Assembly: GCA_965153285.1 (NCBI GenBank)
Contig: OZ229121.1
DNA: 64,000 bases
Source of the DNA: Podarcis tiliguerta
Taxonomy: Eukaryota
Strand: one strand, 5' to 3'
Shown here piece after piece: positions 36,625 to 51,115 of the stretch. A program made the translations under genes and the position numbers. Every line of letters starts with the position of its first letter. Positions within the stretch are counted from its first letter, which is position 1. The notes under the pieces were generated by a model, which searched no databases, was not told where the DNA came from, and saw only the letters and a program-made list of their open reading frames with translations.

Positions 36625-38565
36625 ATTCAAATAGAACAGAATACATTGTGCCATAGTGTGTGGAAGACTGTGATCTGCTGACCTTTGTGTCTGCTGTCTG
36701 AGATGCTAAATGTTAACTGGCCAATTTCAAGGCTCTCTCCCCTTATGCTTCTTTTTCTTTAAAGTGGACTTATGTAATATTAAAGAGAAAGGATGCCCTC
36801 TGACAGAGAGACAACTCCTCTGTAAAGTCGGACGCACGGCTACCTTACAGAGATCTGGCTTTGGGGACAGGAAGGCAAGCAGCGAGAGGCAGGTGACCTG
36901 CCCACCTCAGGAAAAGGCCGTGTGTGGAAAGCAACTGTGACTCAAAGAAGTAGCTTAGTTCCACTCTAAGACTTAGCAGTAAAATACTTCATTCCTACAC
37001 TCAAACTGAAAATGGCTTTTTAAATACTGGTAAGTTTGCAGACAGATACAATAAGCTTCATGGCAACTAACAGTACTTGGGAGTTGACTGATCAGATGCA
37101 TTTGGCTTAGCCTCTCTGGGAGATGCTTAACAGCAACTGTAATTTTTCAGTTTAGATTTTTCCTCTTTAAGCTGCCTTTTCCATGTCTCCTTTCTCCTTT
37201 TGGATGCTCAGGAGCAAGCAATGAACTAGATGACTCCTGCTTTAATTGATACTGCTACGTAAATTTCCATCTGCTTTGTCCACAGGCTGAGAAGAAAAAA
37301 GCAGCAGCAACCTTTGCATTGAGTAAGGGGCTGCATGGCAGCCTTTTGAAAAAAAGGAGATGCCACCTAATTGCTTCTGCCCAAAGGAACAGAACTAGTT
37401 ACACCTTTCTCCTGAACAGTTTGAGCTGTCTCCTTCAATCAACCCAGGAGAACTAGCAATAAGCTACTGTTAGATCTTCCAAGAGCAATTTGAAGCAGCA
37501 AACCAGCATCTAGAAATGTACAAAAGCTTTAAGCAGTAGTGCATTCAGTAGAGGATACAGCAGTAAAGTGTCCGTGTGAGAACAGCCCCCACAAAAGAAG
37601 TGGGGATAAAACCTAACTGCAAAATCCCATCCTCTGTACTAAAAAAGCTTGTCCCTAATTCCAGGCGTATGGGAGATTACTTCAGTCCTGATTTGTTCAC
37701 AAGTAAGTACCTCTCCACTTGCTGAAATTAATGTAGTCTCCTTATTATCATAATCATTTCACAGGTCCAGAGCCTGCATTTTGATATTGTGCATTTGCAA
37801 AGAAGTGCCAAAGTTAAGCCTTGATGAAACTAAAAAAAAAACGACTGAGCTGACTACTGGTAATGACCTTGAGTGACTCAGTTTTTGAGTTTGAAAGGTG
37901 GGGGATAAAAAAAATACTTCAGAGATATAACTCAGAATAGGTTTATAGGACATTGTTTCCAATGAATTCCCCACTCCAGATAATTCACAAAATTTATTCA
38001 TGAACTTGAAACGGTAGGGATGCAGGAGTGGCACTGAAGGTGGCAGGTACTAATAAGTAATTGGACCCCTCACATTGCTGGCTGTGGTGTTCTGATTAGT
38101 TTTTGTGTTGAACCTTGCCTGAGTCATTGGATGACAGAGGTCAGACTTCAATACCTGTGCCACCTTCTGTGGTTAGATTTATACATGTTATGTTACCAAG
38201 AAAGCAGCCCCCTCATATACCGTTTAGAGAGGCCATATGTCTTATTTTACAAATGGCACTCCTATATTCCAAGTCTAGTTTAAAGAACCATAATGAGGGT
38301 GCTCAGGGGGCCTTGAAATTGGCCATTAACCAGACAGCAGGTTAATGAAACATACAAACCACCTGATCACAGTTCGGTCACATCCATCTACTTCAGTGAA
38401 ATGTGTTTCTACTTGACTGTAGCAACTATTTCTAAATTTGCACAAACACATATAAACTAGCATATTCAAACATTAAGCAAATCTGTGTCCTCTTTTTGCT
38501 AACGCATTCTTTTTTTGGAGACACATGTGTAAGTAGCCAGCCTATCTAAAAGGTACCCTGACAAA

Positions 38566-38920
38566 AAAAAGGGACCCCTGACAATTAAGTCTAGTTGCGA
38601 ATGACTCTGGGGTTGCAGCGCTCATCTTGCTTCACAGGTCGGTGTTTGTCCACTTCCGCAGACAGTTTTTCTGGGTCATGTGGCCAGCATGACTAAGCTG
38701 CTTCTGGTGAAACCAGAGCAGTGCATGGAAACGCCGTTTACCTTCCCGCCGGAATGGTACCTATTTATTTACTTGCACTGTATGCTTTCGACCTGCTAGG
38801 TTGGCAGGAGCAGGGATAAACAACGGGAGCTCACCCCGTCACGGGGATTCGAACTGCCGACCTTTCGATTGGCAAGCCCAAACAGCACAGTGGTTTAACC
38901 CACAGCGCCACCCGTGTCTC
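38566..38920 (-). mobile_element. Sauria SINE
   Basis: Collinear with 45639-45994; head ...acccacagcgccacccgtgtctc. Confidence 0.9.
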
Positions 38921-40217
38921 ATAACTACCATGGAGTTATTGCGAAACACATGTGAATTCCATGCTGGCTTTGTTACAGTGAATAGAGAGGGAGGCGATGA
39001 GACAAATATATATAATTTAGCCACTGTTGGCATTACCAGGTGGCCATGAACATGAGCATGAAGAGAAGGACCGGAGGACATCATCTGTGAGGAAGTGGAA
39101 CGGAAAATTACTAAAGGGTAGATATAGCTTAAGATCTATATATAACTGTGGCAACAGGACATGAGGCCGAATTTTTGTCAACCTGTTGATTAGGATGCTA
39201 TTATTGCAGGCTAGCACAGGGAGTAGCTTGACTCTGCTGGTTTTGCTGAAAATAGCATGAAAGAACAGCTGGCAGAAGGGGGACTTCTAAGAGAGAACTA
39301 TCTAAGGCAATTAGCCTCAGTTTTATTGATTGAAGACAAAGTGACAATGTTTTAAAAAATAATTCCGGGGGGGGGGGGGGGATTCAAGGATGCTCTGCCT
39401 GTCCCATCAGTGAAGCCTCACTTTGTACTTACTGGGAGAGGTCTAGATCTTGTTTCCACCTGAGAATGAGAGACACGGGTCATCCTCTTTTGTTACAGCT
39501 GTCCAGAAGATGCAATGAATCATTGCTGTTTGGGAGTTATCAGCTATGGTGGTTGAATTCTTATGGGCAAATTCACAGCAGTGTAGGATGCCTAAGTTCC
39601 TTCTTTGAAACATCATCCCATTACATTTAGGATGGGCGCTGTCTCTATTATCTCTTGGGTGCCTCCATTGGACTTCAATTTATTTTTATATATGTGTTTA
39701 TTGTTGATGTATTTTTGGGGTTGGTCGCTTTAGGATGCTTCATGGGAAGCAGTAAATAACTAAAAGCCTTTATTGCACTTGTAGTTCTACATTGGGGAAC
39801 AAAACTAGTTGTGTGTTTTCCTTTCTGTGGTCTGGATTTTTGTTTCCCAGCCTGTTTAACCCTTACACTGCCCTGTGCCAGTGTTTACAGTGCTGAAATG
39901 AATGTGTGAGCTAGAAAAACGATCAGGGAGTCTTTAATCAATAGTGGGAACCGGGGGAGCCTTAATACATTACATCATGGTGTAACATAGAACTTGGTGA
40001 AAAGTCCTTATTTCAGAATGCTGCCTAGGCATAGAACACTATGAAACAGATGCTAGTTCTTTCCAGCCTCATCAACTGGAAGTTTCCTGTGGCCACCCTA
40101 ATTATTCAACACCTTCCAAAATGGCACGGGTGAATAAGCTGGGTGTGTGTTTATTATTTGAACAAAATTGGAAGGAAACAAAACACTTAGAAGAACAGGA
40201 TGAAAATGCATGATGAG

Positions 40218-40545
40218 AACTACCCACGAAAGAAGAGTGGCAAATGAAATTAATGAACTATGCAGAATTAGATAAAATGACAAGAAGGATCCGAAACCTG
40301 CGGGACCAGAGATTCTTAGAGGACTGGTGTAAATATTTGAACTATTTGAAAAGCAATTGTAATTGCTAGTAGGACTGCAAGAAGTTTTGTAAGGAGGACT
40401 GTGCGAAATATTGCAATGAAGACTATGAAGAGAGTTCGACGATTAAAAGTAATAGAGAAATTAAGAAATGTAGACAAAGTGATAAAGATTGAAAAATCTT
40501 CAGATGTGGCCAATGGAAGTCCAAAACATTGTATAAGATAAGAAA
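40218..40545 (+). mobile_element. L1-clade LINE 3' fragment
   Basis: Reads EEWQMKLMNYAELDKMTRRIRNLRDQRFLEDWCKYLNYLKSNC, like the squamate L1 ORF2 C-terminus. Confidence 0.7.

Positions 40546-40596
<51 letters not shown>
40546..40596. repeat. Compound (TA)n(CA)n microsatellite
   Basis: Directly visible. Confidence 0.95.
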
Positions 40597-40598
<2 letters not shown>

Positions 40599-42774
40599 AA
40601 TGCATGATGGGTTTGACAAATTAGAGCACTCAGTTGGAAGGAACGACATCAAATTCGTATGTGACCTAACTGAAATATGGCAAGAAAAGCTGAAATGTTT
40701 GAATACATAGAGTGTGGGGAAATCTGACAAGACATCCGACATTTCTACTAATGTAGAGTCAGCAATGCAATCCTGTTAGAAAAAGGAAATTCTATTTTTA
40801 GTTGTATGTATTAAGAATAAACTGAATGCAATGGCTGAGAAATAATGGCATCAGTGTTCTCAGCATATGCTGCATGTCAACTAGAGACTATTTGGTCACA
40901 GATGGAAGTCGATTGACATTTGTTGTTGTTTTTGTCAATGGCTGCCATTCAAAAGCCCTGCTTAGCAGCAAAAAATGCCTGCATCATGCAGCTCATTTCA
41001 CATGGGTGTACGATCTGCACACCTGTTAGCACTGTCCATAGCCAGCAGGGACAGGTGACACGTAAATGCCACATGCATTTATATGTGCCAGGATGGAAGA
41101 ATATATGTTGAACTTATTATTGCACAGGTGGTATTAAGCTCCAATTTTCTCATATGAAGTAAGTGCAAGGACAGCCAACCAAACATGTAACTTTCTGCTC
41201 TAAATATTTATTATTTCAGAAGAGAAAGTCAGCAATGCTTGTATCACCACTGCCTCTTATTAAAACTAAAATAGAAATAGAAACAGAAACACCTACTGTT
41301 TGTAGTCCCCGCTTCTCTCCACAGGAATGTTTGCCTGTATTAATGGGCACAGGCCTGATTTTTAAAAGGCTGTATTTATTTATAACTGGTGTATATATAC
41401 TGTACACCACATTTTAGGGCACAATTAACAAAAGCAGTTTTGTAAAATATAATAAACTAACCATCCAATTAAAATCACATTGCACCCCCTTAAAACTGAA
41501 CAACAGCAGTTAAAACATTGGCTGCACTTAATAAAGGCAGCAGAAATTAATAAAAACAACCTGTTTTTTTAAAAGAGTTTTACATACTTAAAAAAGAATA
41601 ATCCTAAATCTTTCTAGGGGGGAGAGCTGCATAAGTGTGGGACCTCTGCCGAAATGTTGTGCAAATTACAGTTTTCACATGAATAACACATAACCATCCA
41701 AATTTGTATTTACTTAAGCAAGCCTATGTGAAGTTCGTGTAGGCTCGGGTCACTATGACTCTCCTTATAAGAACATCCCCATTTACCTGAGTGCGTGCAC
41801 ATTGTATTATGTAAATATTTTCACTTTCCCCAGGATGTATGGATAAGTGGAGCTGGACTGCAACAGCTTAGAAAACCTTTGGCCCTCCAGATATTGCTGG
41901 ACTACATATCCCACAATGCCTGCTTATTGCTCATAGTGGCAGGGGATAACTGAAGTTCAGCAAACATGTTAAGCCAAACCTTAGCAGCAGCATGGTTATG
42001 ATGAGATAGGATGGTACATAGGCGCCACACAAGAGGAAAAGCAGCAACTGCAGTAAATCCAACATACATTACTTCTGCGAGAGTGGCTTTGTATTTTGAT
42101 TTTACACAGGTGGTGAGTGTACCTTTACCGCTCATTGCACATAGCAGCTTATACCGGAGAAGTTTTGATAGGGAAAACAGGATGTTTAGTGGATTTCCTT
42201 TTAATAAGATTAAATTATATGATGCATGTAGGAGAGATTAACGTGCTTAGCCTTTAAAACACAAATCACACTCCCCGAAAAGTCATGAGAGTTTTGAATT
42301 AGAAGGATTTGCAAAGCTGAAGTGAGCTTGTGCATCTGCAGCCTCTTGTTGATTGTGGGATTTAATTAGCCCACTCTGGGTCCTGATTGTGTGTGGAAGG
42401 GAGGGGAAAATGTATTTTGCTAATTCACTAGCTGTTTTGTGAGGTTTGTCTACCTCTCTCTCTCTCTGTCTCTCTTTCTCTCTTTCCAGAACATGACTGA
42501 CAGCCTGTTTACAACACATCCCTGATGTCATTCTCCTGATGCCACACCAGTAACAGGATAAACCTTCTTCAGTGGAATCTTTTTTTCCAAGTGCAAAAAT
42601 ATGAGTGTTAAAGAAGAATTGAAAAACAAGGTTTCTCCATCTGTGAAATCAATATGCCCAGTTTTGTTGGTGTGTAGCTGCCTCTTTGCTTTCTTCTGCT
42701 CAACACAGAGAACAGAGATTCTTAGATCAATAGCTTCCCTGCCTTCTACTAAAGACATTAGCATGTGTTATATA

Positions 42775-44083
42775 TATATATGATTTTACATCACATACAC
42801 ACATACTCATAAAACTAAACATAAAAGTAATAATACACAATCAAAGAAATAAAAATAAAACATAGTAGCATACGGAAACTTACACAGATCAAATACTCAA
42901 CAATATATATATATACTGTATCATATTTCAATTCTTCTTTTCTTCCAATTGACTTCCTTCATCCTCAACACAGTTCTCTTTTCTTTTTTGGTAAACTGTC
43001 TCCTTCTTAGTTCATTATTACCCATTTTCTTTCTGTTTTTAACTTTTATGCCATAATTTATTTTGCAGAAGTTAATCAAAACAAGTCCAAGTATTAATTA
43101 GAGGGCACCGCTTTTTAAGGCATTCTCTATATTTTCCCCATTATTTTTGAATTTTTTGCTTGGGCTGACCCCTAATGGCTTCTGTAAATCTAGCCAATTC
43201 AATATAGTCAAATAGTTTATCTCGTCAGTCTTTTTTTGTTGGGATTGTTTCTTTTCCCCAAATTTTGGCAATTAGTGTACCCCCAGCCCCTGTAGCGTAA
43301 AGTAATATTTTCTTATTAACTCTGGCTAGATCTGTGTCTAATATCCCCAAGAAAAAACTTCTTTTTTCTTTTTCTTTTTGTTTTGTTGCAAATACATACA
43401 AATCAAAACTTACAAACTTGAAAAAGAAAAAAGAAATTAAGAAAGATTACAAAAAAGAAAAAAGAAAAGAAAAAAGAAAAACAGAAACATACATAAATAT
43501 CATACACTGATACAGTTAAATCTTAATAAAGAAAAAAGAAAATCATAAATAAAATGACATTAAGTCATTCATTATTAAACTAATACTTTACAGATCAAAC
43601 ACACATTTTAAACAACTACCTCTTCCGTGTCATCCATCTTCCTAATAAAACTGAGATTTCTTAAATATTTCATTTTTTTCGTGTTTTTTGTTCTTTGGGC
43701 TTCTGTCAGTCTTACAACAGTTCATTATTCCTAATTGAAACTAACTTATCTGTATTTCAGTGTTTTCTTAACAAAGTTTTGTTTAAACATTTTCTTTAGC
43801 TCTTCATACACCATATCCCAGAAGCCTTTAATTTTATCACCTGTCCACCACATATGTATGAGTGTCCCCTCTACTTGACTACACCTCCAACACAGATCTG
43901 ATTTTGTTTTATACGTTTTACATATTTTGGTTGGTGTTAAATGCCATCTGTAAAACATCTTTATTAGATTTTCCTTTGTCGCTTCACAAGCCGTAAATTT
44001 CCAACTTTCCATCCATAATTTTTCCCATGATGAAAGTTCAATAGTTTTACCTATGTCCATAGCCCATCTAATCATTACCTCTT
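42775..44083 (-). mobile_element. L1-clade LINE 3' portion, interrupted by a ~400-bp A-rich insertion (~43360-43762)
   Basis: WEKLW...KENLIKMFYRWHLTP...CWRC..EGTLIHMWW...FW...FVKK, resuming after the insert with FLGILD...LLYAT...LIAKIWG..TIPT...KLFDYIELA. Confidence 0.8.
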
Positions 44084-45638
44084 TTACTTGTTCGTCCTTA
44101 ACCTCCCATTCCAGTAATGTTCCAACATAACACGTGTGTGTTTTGCCTGTGCATCAGATTTAAACTGTCCTTTCCTCCCCTCCCCAGAATTTTTGCATTT
44201 GCTCTGCGAATGACTCAAGAATGGTCCAAAACCCATGGCAAGTTCTCCAGCTATATAGCATGCTGTGTGGGAACCACAAGGAGGCAGCTCTGAGTTCCTA
44301 TTGGAAGAATTATTGGGTGCCAGAAATGCAAGGATGTCAGAAGCTGTCCACTGTACAGCAGAGCACATCAATTTACACATTCATTGAGATCAAGAAGTGA
44401 GGCTGAGTGCACCTGTGTTGTGAGGCAAGATGGTTTGTACCCGGAGAAAGAGCCTATTCAATTATGACTCATCTGTGAAATTCTCTCTGCAGAGAAGATT
44501 ACTTGGCGCCTACATTGCTGCCTTGTTGGTGCCAAGCAATACATTTTTATTCTCTGAGGCTTATTGAGTTTTAATTGTTCTAATCTGCTGTCCTAATTGC
44601 AGGTTTTTATCATTTCTTTTATGGTCGATCTGTGGCACCAAGCTGATTTTGATTTGATTTTGTCTTGTTGTTTACTGTTTGGGGAACCATTCCATTGGAG
44701 AGCTGTATATAGATATATAAAATAATTGTTCATTGTAAGCCACCCAGAGAACCTTGCGTTATGGAGTGGCACGCAAGTGTTATTAATAACCAACCAAATA
44801 AATACTTCACTGCTGCCACATGCAATGGAACATATCAGGCAACTAAACTGGTAGAGTAACATTTCCGGGGGAGTGATACTAAAAACTGGAATTGACATAG
44901 ACATTTCCAGTTATATAATTTTTCAGCAGCAAACATCTATCTGAGAATGTCATTTCAACCATTGACACTTGCAGAGACCTCTAGGGGCATAATTTAACAA
45001 CAGTTAACCAAGACCCAGCCATGACACAGTGTCATGATTTTTCTCCCTTTGCCTATCTGTACATTTTATTTTCAGTAGGATTTTATTTCGTTTTTTAAAA
45101 AAAGGTTTATTTTGTGTCTTGGGAAATCAGCCTTCACGGACATTTATCACTGGAAATATAATCCTCGTAAGCCAACCTCCATCCACATATCTACAGCAAT
45201 CAGATAGGCTGGCTTGCCTGGCTCTGTGTTCCACTCTTTCCATTTGGCTTTGTTCAGCACACCATACCAAGATTTTATGCAAGAGTCAATATTTAGAGAT
45301 TATCACTAGCTTTGTAGCTCAAAAGGGATTTTTCAAAGGAAGATGTGGGAGCTAGCTTCCCCATTCCCTGGGCTGCCTTATAAGTCAATGGGAGTTAGCT
45401 TCTAATGCCTCCCCACCGTCACCAAAAATAAAATCAGCCAGGTTTTAATTTTGCTTTCGTCACTGGGTGATTTTCAATTCTCAGAGGCACATAGAGACTT
45501 TCCAAGTTTGCTACATTCAACACAGAGTCACACCCAGTCACAACTCCCTAAAAGGAACCTGTCTGCAAAGGCAGGTTTGTTGTTTTCATAATTTACACTT
45601 GCCTCTAGGCATATACCATTAAAAATGTGTTAAGAGTA

Positions 45639-45994
45639 AAGGTAAAGGTAAAGAGACCCCTGACCATTAGGTCCAGTCGTGACCGACTCTGGGGTTGTGG
45701 CGCTCATCTCGCTTTATTGGCTGAGGGAGCCGGCGTACAGCTTCCGGGTCATGTGGCCAGCATGACTAAGCCGCTTCTGGCGAACCAGAGCAGTGCATGG
45801 AAACGCCGTTTAACTTCCCGCCGGAGCGATACCTATTTATCTACTTGCACTTTGACGTGCTTTCGAACTGCTAGGTTGGCAGGAGCAGGGACCGAGCAAC
45901 GGGAGCTCACCCCATTGCGGGGATTTGAACCGCCGACCTTCTGATTGGCAAGTCCTAGGCTCTGTGGTTTAACCCACAGCGCCACCCACATCCC
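45639..45994 (-). mobile_element. Full-length Sauria SINE
   Basis: (AAAGGT)n at left, head at right; TSD gtgttaagagta / gtgtttagagta. Confidence 0.92.
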
Positions 45995-46896
45995 GGGTGT
46001 TTAGAGTAGGGATGGGCAAATCAGTTAATCTTGGGTTCTTATTTTTCAGTTTTCTGTATATCCACGTCACGTCAGTTTGCAATGGTCCTCCTCGGCTATT
46101 CCAAACATCTCTGTCCAAGCCTTCTTCCACCGTGAGCCGATGCTAAGAGAAAAGCTGTGGCTGGACCAGAGCCACAAATGCTCAGGATTCTACCATCACC
46201 TGTGCAGGTGTGCCCTCCCCGTCTTACTATCTACCACAGTTATAAAACCCATATAATGTGTGGGCAGGCAGTGTCCTGGGGATGCAATCCCTTCCTGACT
46301 CAACCAGATCCTCTGCCGTTCTGTCGCTCAGTACTTAGCAGAATCCCTCAGATCAGGAAGACACCGTGAAAAGCCATTTCTATTTTAATTCTGAACACAG
46401 GCACACAATCACACTGTGCCAAAAGGAAGAGACCACAGCTGGTACGGAAATTAAATTTACTTGCATGCTTCCAATAATGTATTAGACACAGTGCAAATGA
46501 TAGAGGGATAACAATAAAGAAAACACATTGGAAATTTAGGCCTAGCAGGGGACTTAAGAAGTTTAGGGCATTCTACTGAATAATTTCTGTGACTCTTCCT
46601 AAAAAAAACACACCCCAAAATGCGTTTATTTCTGCTCTTTGTGCAAGCATATGGAAAACAATGATAAACCGGTTCTCTAATGGTCACATTTTATGTCCTC
46701 GTTTAAAAAATGGGGACAAACTGTTAGGAAAGGAACTCTAACCCCAATGGTTAGATTTTTCTTTCTCTTCACAGTTGCACTTTTTCAAATATCAAGACAT
46801 TTTCAGATGTTTCACTTTTAAAGATAATTCTAAAACTTTGTTTATTTACATGTGTATTTTATGCTGCCTGCCATAAAATCCCAAGATGGTATACAG

Positions 46897-47222
46897 CAGG
46901 GGTAGGCAACCTAAGGCCCGTGGGCCGGATGCAGCCCAATCACCTTCTAAATCCGGCCCACGGACAGTCCGGGAATCAGCATGTTTTTACATGAGTAGAA
47001 TGTGTCCTTTTATTTAAAATGAATCTATGAGTTATTTGTGGGGCCTGCCTGGTGTTTTTACATGAGCAGAATGTGTGCTTTTCTTTAAAATGCATCTCTG
47101 GGTTATTTGTGGGGCATAGGAACTCATTAATTCCACACACACACCCCAAAAAAATAGTCCAGCCCGTCACATGGTCTGAGGGACAGTGGACCAGCCCATG
47201 GCTGAAAAAGGTTGCTGACCTT
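46897..47222. mobile_element. hAT-Charlie MITE resembling OposCharlie1 (OC1)
   Basis: caggggtaggcaacctaaggcccg.gggccggatgc; 'catgagtagaatgtgt...tttaaaatgcatctctgggttatttgtggggcatagg'; 'ggtctgagggacagtg...aaaaaggttgctgacc'. Confidence 0.7.
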
Positions 47223-47609
47223 TTGAATGCTGCAATAGCATTCAAAACACAACAATAAACTCCACACACAGAACCAGCAGTGTGCAGCAAGGTGGGGTTT
47301 TGCCAGGCATCTGATCTTTGTCCAGATGAGTCACTGAAGAAAACCTGGATGGAAAATGGTGCAGCAGCAGTGAAGCTGGCACAGAGCACAGTGAGGTTGG
47401 CACAGAAAGTTCAAGTAAGAGGCAGAGCCCCACCACACCAGCCACTGAAGTACAAAACAGCAAAATGTCCCACCTGATAAAAAAATTAAACCAAATGGTA
47501 CTAAAAGCCAGAAGAGGTCTGGAGCAAAGGATCTGTTTGCAGGAGTTGCCTAAACCAACAGTTCCTGCCACAACTAAAAAGGGAGATGATTTCACAGAGA
47601 GGAAGCCAC

Positions 47610-47910
47610 TGCAAAAAAAAAAAAAGCTCTTCTCCTTGTCTCCACAAAATAGACTTCAGCAGGCTGTGCCACACCTGGGCAGCCCTCATTAGCTGATATC
47701 AGTGGCTCAGCAGCTCAGTATGGGGGAAGATGCTCCCTCAGGTAGCTGGGTCCGATGTTGTTTAGGACTTTATAAGTCAATAGAAGAACCTTAAATATGT
47801 CCTGGTAGCATAATGGCAGCCAGTGAAGTTCTTTCATGAATGGCATTATGTGGGGGCATGTGAGGATGCTCTGGTCCGCATCTGCAATAACTGCAGCTCC
47901 TGGAAGCTGC
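47610..47910 (-). mobile_element. L2 LINE fragment
   Basis: Minus strand HIMPFMKELHWLPLCYQDIFKVLLLTYKVLNNIGPSYLREHLP (L2 LHWLP motif). Confidence 0.8.
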
Positions 47911-50900
47911 TACTGCATGTACACAATGGAGGGCTCTCTCCACCCAGTGAGGAACTTTGGAACAGGAAGATCCATCACAGGGAGAGAGGGCTCTCTCCAT
48001 GCGCGACTGTATGACTTTCCAAAGATATTCTAAACGAATGTATATAAGCTGGGTGTTTATATACTGTCACTGTAATACCACATTCTCCCATATGCAATCG
48101 CTGTGCACGCAAATGAAGTCTGTATCTTACTTGTGGGATTCATGTCACCTTCCAGGTCAAAGCTCTCAAGAAGTAGTTTATAAAAACTGGCTAAAACAGG
48201 GGTTGAAAAACAACAACAATCCAATTCGAAACTAAAACAGCAAACTAAAAATGTGTCAGTGAATATCTCAATAAAATAAGGCAGAAGAGGTTTTAAGGTC
48301 CATTAAAAATTGATATAAATGGGGTCATGTGGGTGTACCTCTTTCACAATAGAGTTCAAAAACATGAGGGGGCTAACACTGAAAAAGTCCTGCTTCTAGT
48401 GTTCTATATTTGTCTGACAGTAGGACAGCATGCAGTCTGTAAAGCATGCAACCCAAGAAGATGAGGTTAATATCTTGGTTCAGTCATGTACTCACTAAAT
48501 AGCCTTAAGCAAGTCACTGTTGCTTCGCTGCTCCACTAGCAAAACATGGATAATACAGACCTGTTGCACAATTGTAAGAATTACTGAGATAATATACATG
48601 AAGTGATTGAAACACACTCCTACGTCATTACTCAAACTGCCTATACAAAAATCCAACCATGGGTAGCAAATGCATCATTAGCACAATATGAAAACATGTA
48701 AAATGCATTGCTGTGTGCTAATAATTAAAAATGAGGGAGAAAGCAATGTATACAAGCACAAGACACTCAATTTGAAATGAAGACTTTGAACAACCTGATT
48801 ATTACAGGTTGCCAGTTACCCTGTGGTCATTTACTGCTTTATAGGAAAAAAGATACATACACTCTGCTTTTCCAGCATGTGTTCTATCTTGCAATATAGG
48901 TGGTTATAAACAAACACTACAATAATAAAACTAACTTCAAAAATTAAAAAGCCAATAACTAACTACAAAATGTATCACCTTGTTGTGAAAATTGCTCTAG
49001 GGAGAAATCTCAAAAGCCCAATGAAATAAGGAAGGTTTCACAGCCCTTTTACGATGAAAACGGAGAAGAACATTTCCAGAGGCACATAATTCCACATTTG
49101 GTGTGTTCATCCATATACTGAAGAATGCTTTCACCAGACCCCCTCCTCCTACCAAATATAAATGTCATTTTAATACCCCTGTTTGTCACCATACTTCATC
49201 TGTCTAATAACAATTAATGAGGCTTGCAAAACAGCAATTCCTGAGTGTTGGCTAAGTCAATGTTCAGTCTGAAAATCAATCTTTAGACCGGCCAGGGTGG
49301 ACAGACTTCAGGCTTGTGAGATCTACTTTGTTCTTTTGCTAGACTGTCCCCCCAGTCCACCAACCAGAGTCAAGCACTCGCAGTCCTACAACCAGATTCA
49401 CACAGTCATAATTAGAGAACTGTGTGTTTTTCAGCACATCTTGAGCCTAGACATTTGTTTTCAGTACCAGAAATGAAATGGAGTTAAAGTCAGTCAGTCT
49501 CTGTCTGTCTGTATGTCTGTCTGTCTCTCTGTGTGTGGTTAGCTTTCTTCATTTCAACAGCCCAAATTTTGCAGATAAATAGGAATTTTGTTGCTGCTAT
49601 GGTTTGAAGTCAGAAATGCTTGTCCATCTGTGGCAATTCAACCCAGTCTACCTTCTGCACACACTTGTTCTAGTTCATAAAGAGAAGATGCTAAAGTACC
49701 CAGGACACACCTTTGTTCCCAGCGATTCCTGACCCCAATTTACACAGCCCTATTCTGCCATCATGTGGCAAATCACCTAGAGGTCACATTCAGGAAGAAA
49801 GGCTTCAGTAGGCTGGTTACTATGAACAGTGACCTTTTATACAGTCTGAAAACTCTATAAACAGCAGAGATCAGCATCATGATACACTGCAGAGGTTTAT
49901 TCCGTCCATTTCCTAATGTTGCATAATGTTAGATATTGGTTATTATAGGAGCTAGAAAATGAGACAAGGATAATATATTCCAATTTCTGTGCTCCTACGA
50001 TAACTGCAAATCAAATCAGCAATATCCCAACCACAGTGAGATAACTGACTCAGCTTTTTCTCCTCTTCTCCCCATAAATTTCCTCCAACTTTAATAGCCA
50101 GGCTGAAACGCAAATATGCTTTATGTATTTTCTACTGAATATTGGGTCTTTGTGGAAGAAAATAATTGAGATACTAAAAATCTACAAACCAATTGTTTAG
50201 ACTTTGCTCTTCAGGGTATCTCCATAAAAATGTTTGTAAAACCAATTGAAATGCATTGCTCGGAGCTATAATAAATGTTCAGGAACAGCATATTAGAAAG
50301 TTCCAATTTATATGGGAGAAAAATACGGCTGTGAAGTATTTATGCATGCAGGATACAATATTAAACTGTGGAGCGAAGCTGCTTGCACTTATAGCCACTG
50401 AGAGCCTCAGTTACAAATGACAGGATAATTATTTTAAACAGCACTCCACAAGAATCCAGTAACAAAAAGGGTAAAGTAATTCATGTTTTGAGGTAAGTGC
50501 TAAGCAATGCACCTGTACATCAAATGAAATACAGTACAATTTCAGAGTTACAAATACTTTGGGGATGAAGGGCCATTGGCGGGAGACAGTCAGTATATTT
50601 GCACCTCTCTCTCCTGAGGAACTTCAGCTTCCTCAGAAGTGATCTGCCACATTATTGAGAAGCCAAACTCTTTCCCCAGGTATCTGATGTTCTTGTCTGT
50701 ACCTGTTATGAATTCCAGTCACCAGTAGTCCATCCTCTATAAAGTGTGTTGACAATTTCTATCAGGAAATTAACACCAAACCCAGACCCCCCCCCCCCCA
50801 AAAAAAAATTGTTCAGAAAGAGTTTTTTACCTCCCCAAGCAATTCAGCTGTAAAGTGGAATTTAAAATCTCTCAGCTGCCTTAAATCCAAACTAAACCCT

Positions 50901-51084
50901 TAACACCTACAAAAACCCAACAACCAATTATCTGAATCAGAACCTTGGAGTTTCAATCAGCAGAACCAAAAGCACCAAAAAGTCCCAACCAGCATGTGAG
51001 GATGATTACAAAGATCTGCTCAATTTCTCCAAAGCTTCTGGCATTCCTCTAGGGTTATATTTCCAGAGTGTCCACAGGAAATCA

Positions 51085-51085
<1 letters not shown>

Positions 51086-51110
<25 letters not shown>
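51086..51110. repeat. (GT)n microsatellite
   Basis: Directly visible. Confidence 0.95.
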
Positions 51111-51115
<5 letters not shown>

